The position numbers and the translations under genes are program-made. The notes below the pieces were generated by a model. That model searched no databases and was not told the origin of the DNA. It saw only the letters and a list, made by a program, of their open reading frames with translations. Below, one piece after another: positions 63,126-64,000 of a stretch of DNA of 64,000 nucleotides. The stretch covers positions 1-64,000 of IMG/VR virus record IMGVR_UViG_3300009093_000034; one strand, 5' to 3'. The number at the start of each line of letters is the position of its first letter. Positions within the stretch are counted from its first letter, which is position 1.

Positions 63126-63464
63126 ATGCCATTCAAGAAATCTTTAGACGTTCCTATCATCATTCGAAGAGCAACCTCGCTTTATCATCAGATCTCTGAG
63201 AAATTTCCAAATGAGTCCGGAGTCTACAGCACAGCCTTCTTTCAATATGGTCTTCAAGTAGATGTGATGTTTGAGCCAGCTGAAGGTAAAGACTCTCCTG
63301 CAATTGAAGCTTGGGGAATTTATACTGTAAAGAGAAAGAATGGAAAAGGTTACACGTCTGGGACCTTCCCCATCTTCTATCCTGAAGCTTACAAGCTAGG
63401 TATAGTTCCAAGAGACGAGGCAGTAAATGTCCATGAACAGCTCCCTGTGGGAGCACACAGCTAA
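63126..63464 (+). CDS. Hypothetical protein (candidate leaderless)
   Basis: ACTAATT-N4-ATG. Confidence 0.65.
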   Translation: MPFKKSLDVPIIIRRATSLYHQISEKFPNESGVYSTAFFQYGLQVDVMFEPAEGKDSPAIEAWGIYTVKRKNGKGYTSGTFPIFYPEAYKLGIVPRDEAVNVHEQLPVGAHS

Positions 63465-63465
63465 A

Positions 63466-63894
63466 ATGAAAAAAGCTGCCGATAAATGGGCAGCTAAACA
63501 AAAACCCCAATGGGGTGATGAAAAATGGCAAAGAGATCTAGACGAGTTTGGTGGTCTTGGTTACGATATCGTTCAAGACATAGTAGATGATCTAGATCGG
63601 AAGCACCAAAAGAGTGAAGACAACAAGAAGAGCATCTTCTACGAGTCTAAGTTGATCCACAAACTTGATGATAGTTTGTTCTGGGCTTTAGATAATAAAT
63701 TACCTGTTGGATGGGTAGAAGTCTCACCTGATGTTTGGGATGGTTTACAACTAAGTCCTAACTTTGTTAGGCTTGATTCAACCATGGCCAATTATAGAGG
63801 CTTTGTCATTTACAGAGTGAATGAAGGAAAAGAGCTTTGTTCTCTTCATCCTGGAGATGAAGCTCCCCCAGGATTTCAATTACAGAAACAGTGA
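63466..63894 (+). CDS. Hypothetical protein
   Basis: Coupled to the upstream ORF. Confidence 0.6.
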   Translation: MKKAADKWAAKQKPQWGDEKWQRDLDEFGGLGYDIVQDIVDDLDRKHQKSEDNKKSIFYESKLIHKLDDSLFWALDNKLPVGWVEVSPDVWDGLQLSPNFVRLDSTMANYRGFVIYRVNEGKELCSLHPGDEAPPGFQLQKQ

Positions 63895-64000
63895 TTACCT
63901 ACTGAAACTTCTAGCTAGAACATCTACGAACCAATCGCAAGCTTGTTCATACTCACGTTCGTTAGAAACTTTATCTAGTCTCATTCTTAGTTGAGGAACT

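Noticed and set aside
1-64000. Alternative genetic code (TAG/TGA reassignment), as in some large phages
   Set aside because: Conserved genes (recA, nrdA, nrdB, thyX, MCP, terminase) are full length in code 11; the one split gene is a frame change at TAA, not an in-frame stop.

Overview
64 kb from a large lytic tailed phage with T4-like head genes, read in the standard code; the host cannot be determined from this window. Positions 1-30.3 kb hold replication and nucleotide genes (DnaX-like clamp loader, Cas4-like nuclease, sigma-like factor, beta-clamp-like gene split over two frames, RecA, 5'-3' exonuclease, ThyX, rIIA/rIIB, class Ia RNR with a redoxin), interspersed with probable head-internal proteins and ending in a terminase. 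Positions 30.4-42.6 kb hold a membrane-protein trio, scaffold, prohead protease, major capsid protein (MCP) and four downstream MCP paralogues. Positions 42.6-64 kb are a dense array of small accessory genes including Thg1, an HD alarmone-hydrolase-like protein, an M23 peptidase, Nudix, HNH, an interrupted tRNA-Leu, a WGR-PARP and an SPFH protein. Strongest leads: (1) the tandem array of shrunken MCP paralogues; (2) the RNR alpha C-terminal cysteine pair apparently relocated onto the redoxin; (3) a 28-nt hairpin insert in the tRNA-Leu anticodon; (4) a full WGR-regulatory-catalytic PARP; (5) two recurring promoter-like motifs, one placed exactly 4 nt before several ATGs. All family calls come from motif recognition by eye; no searches were run.
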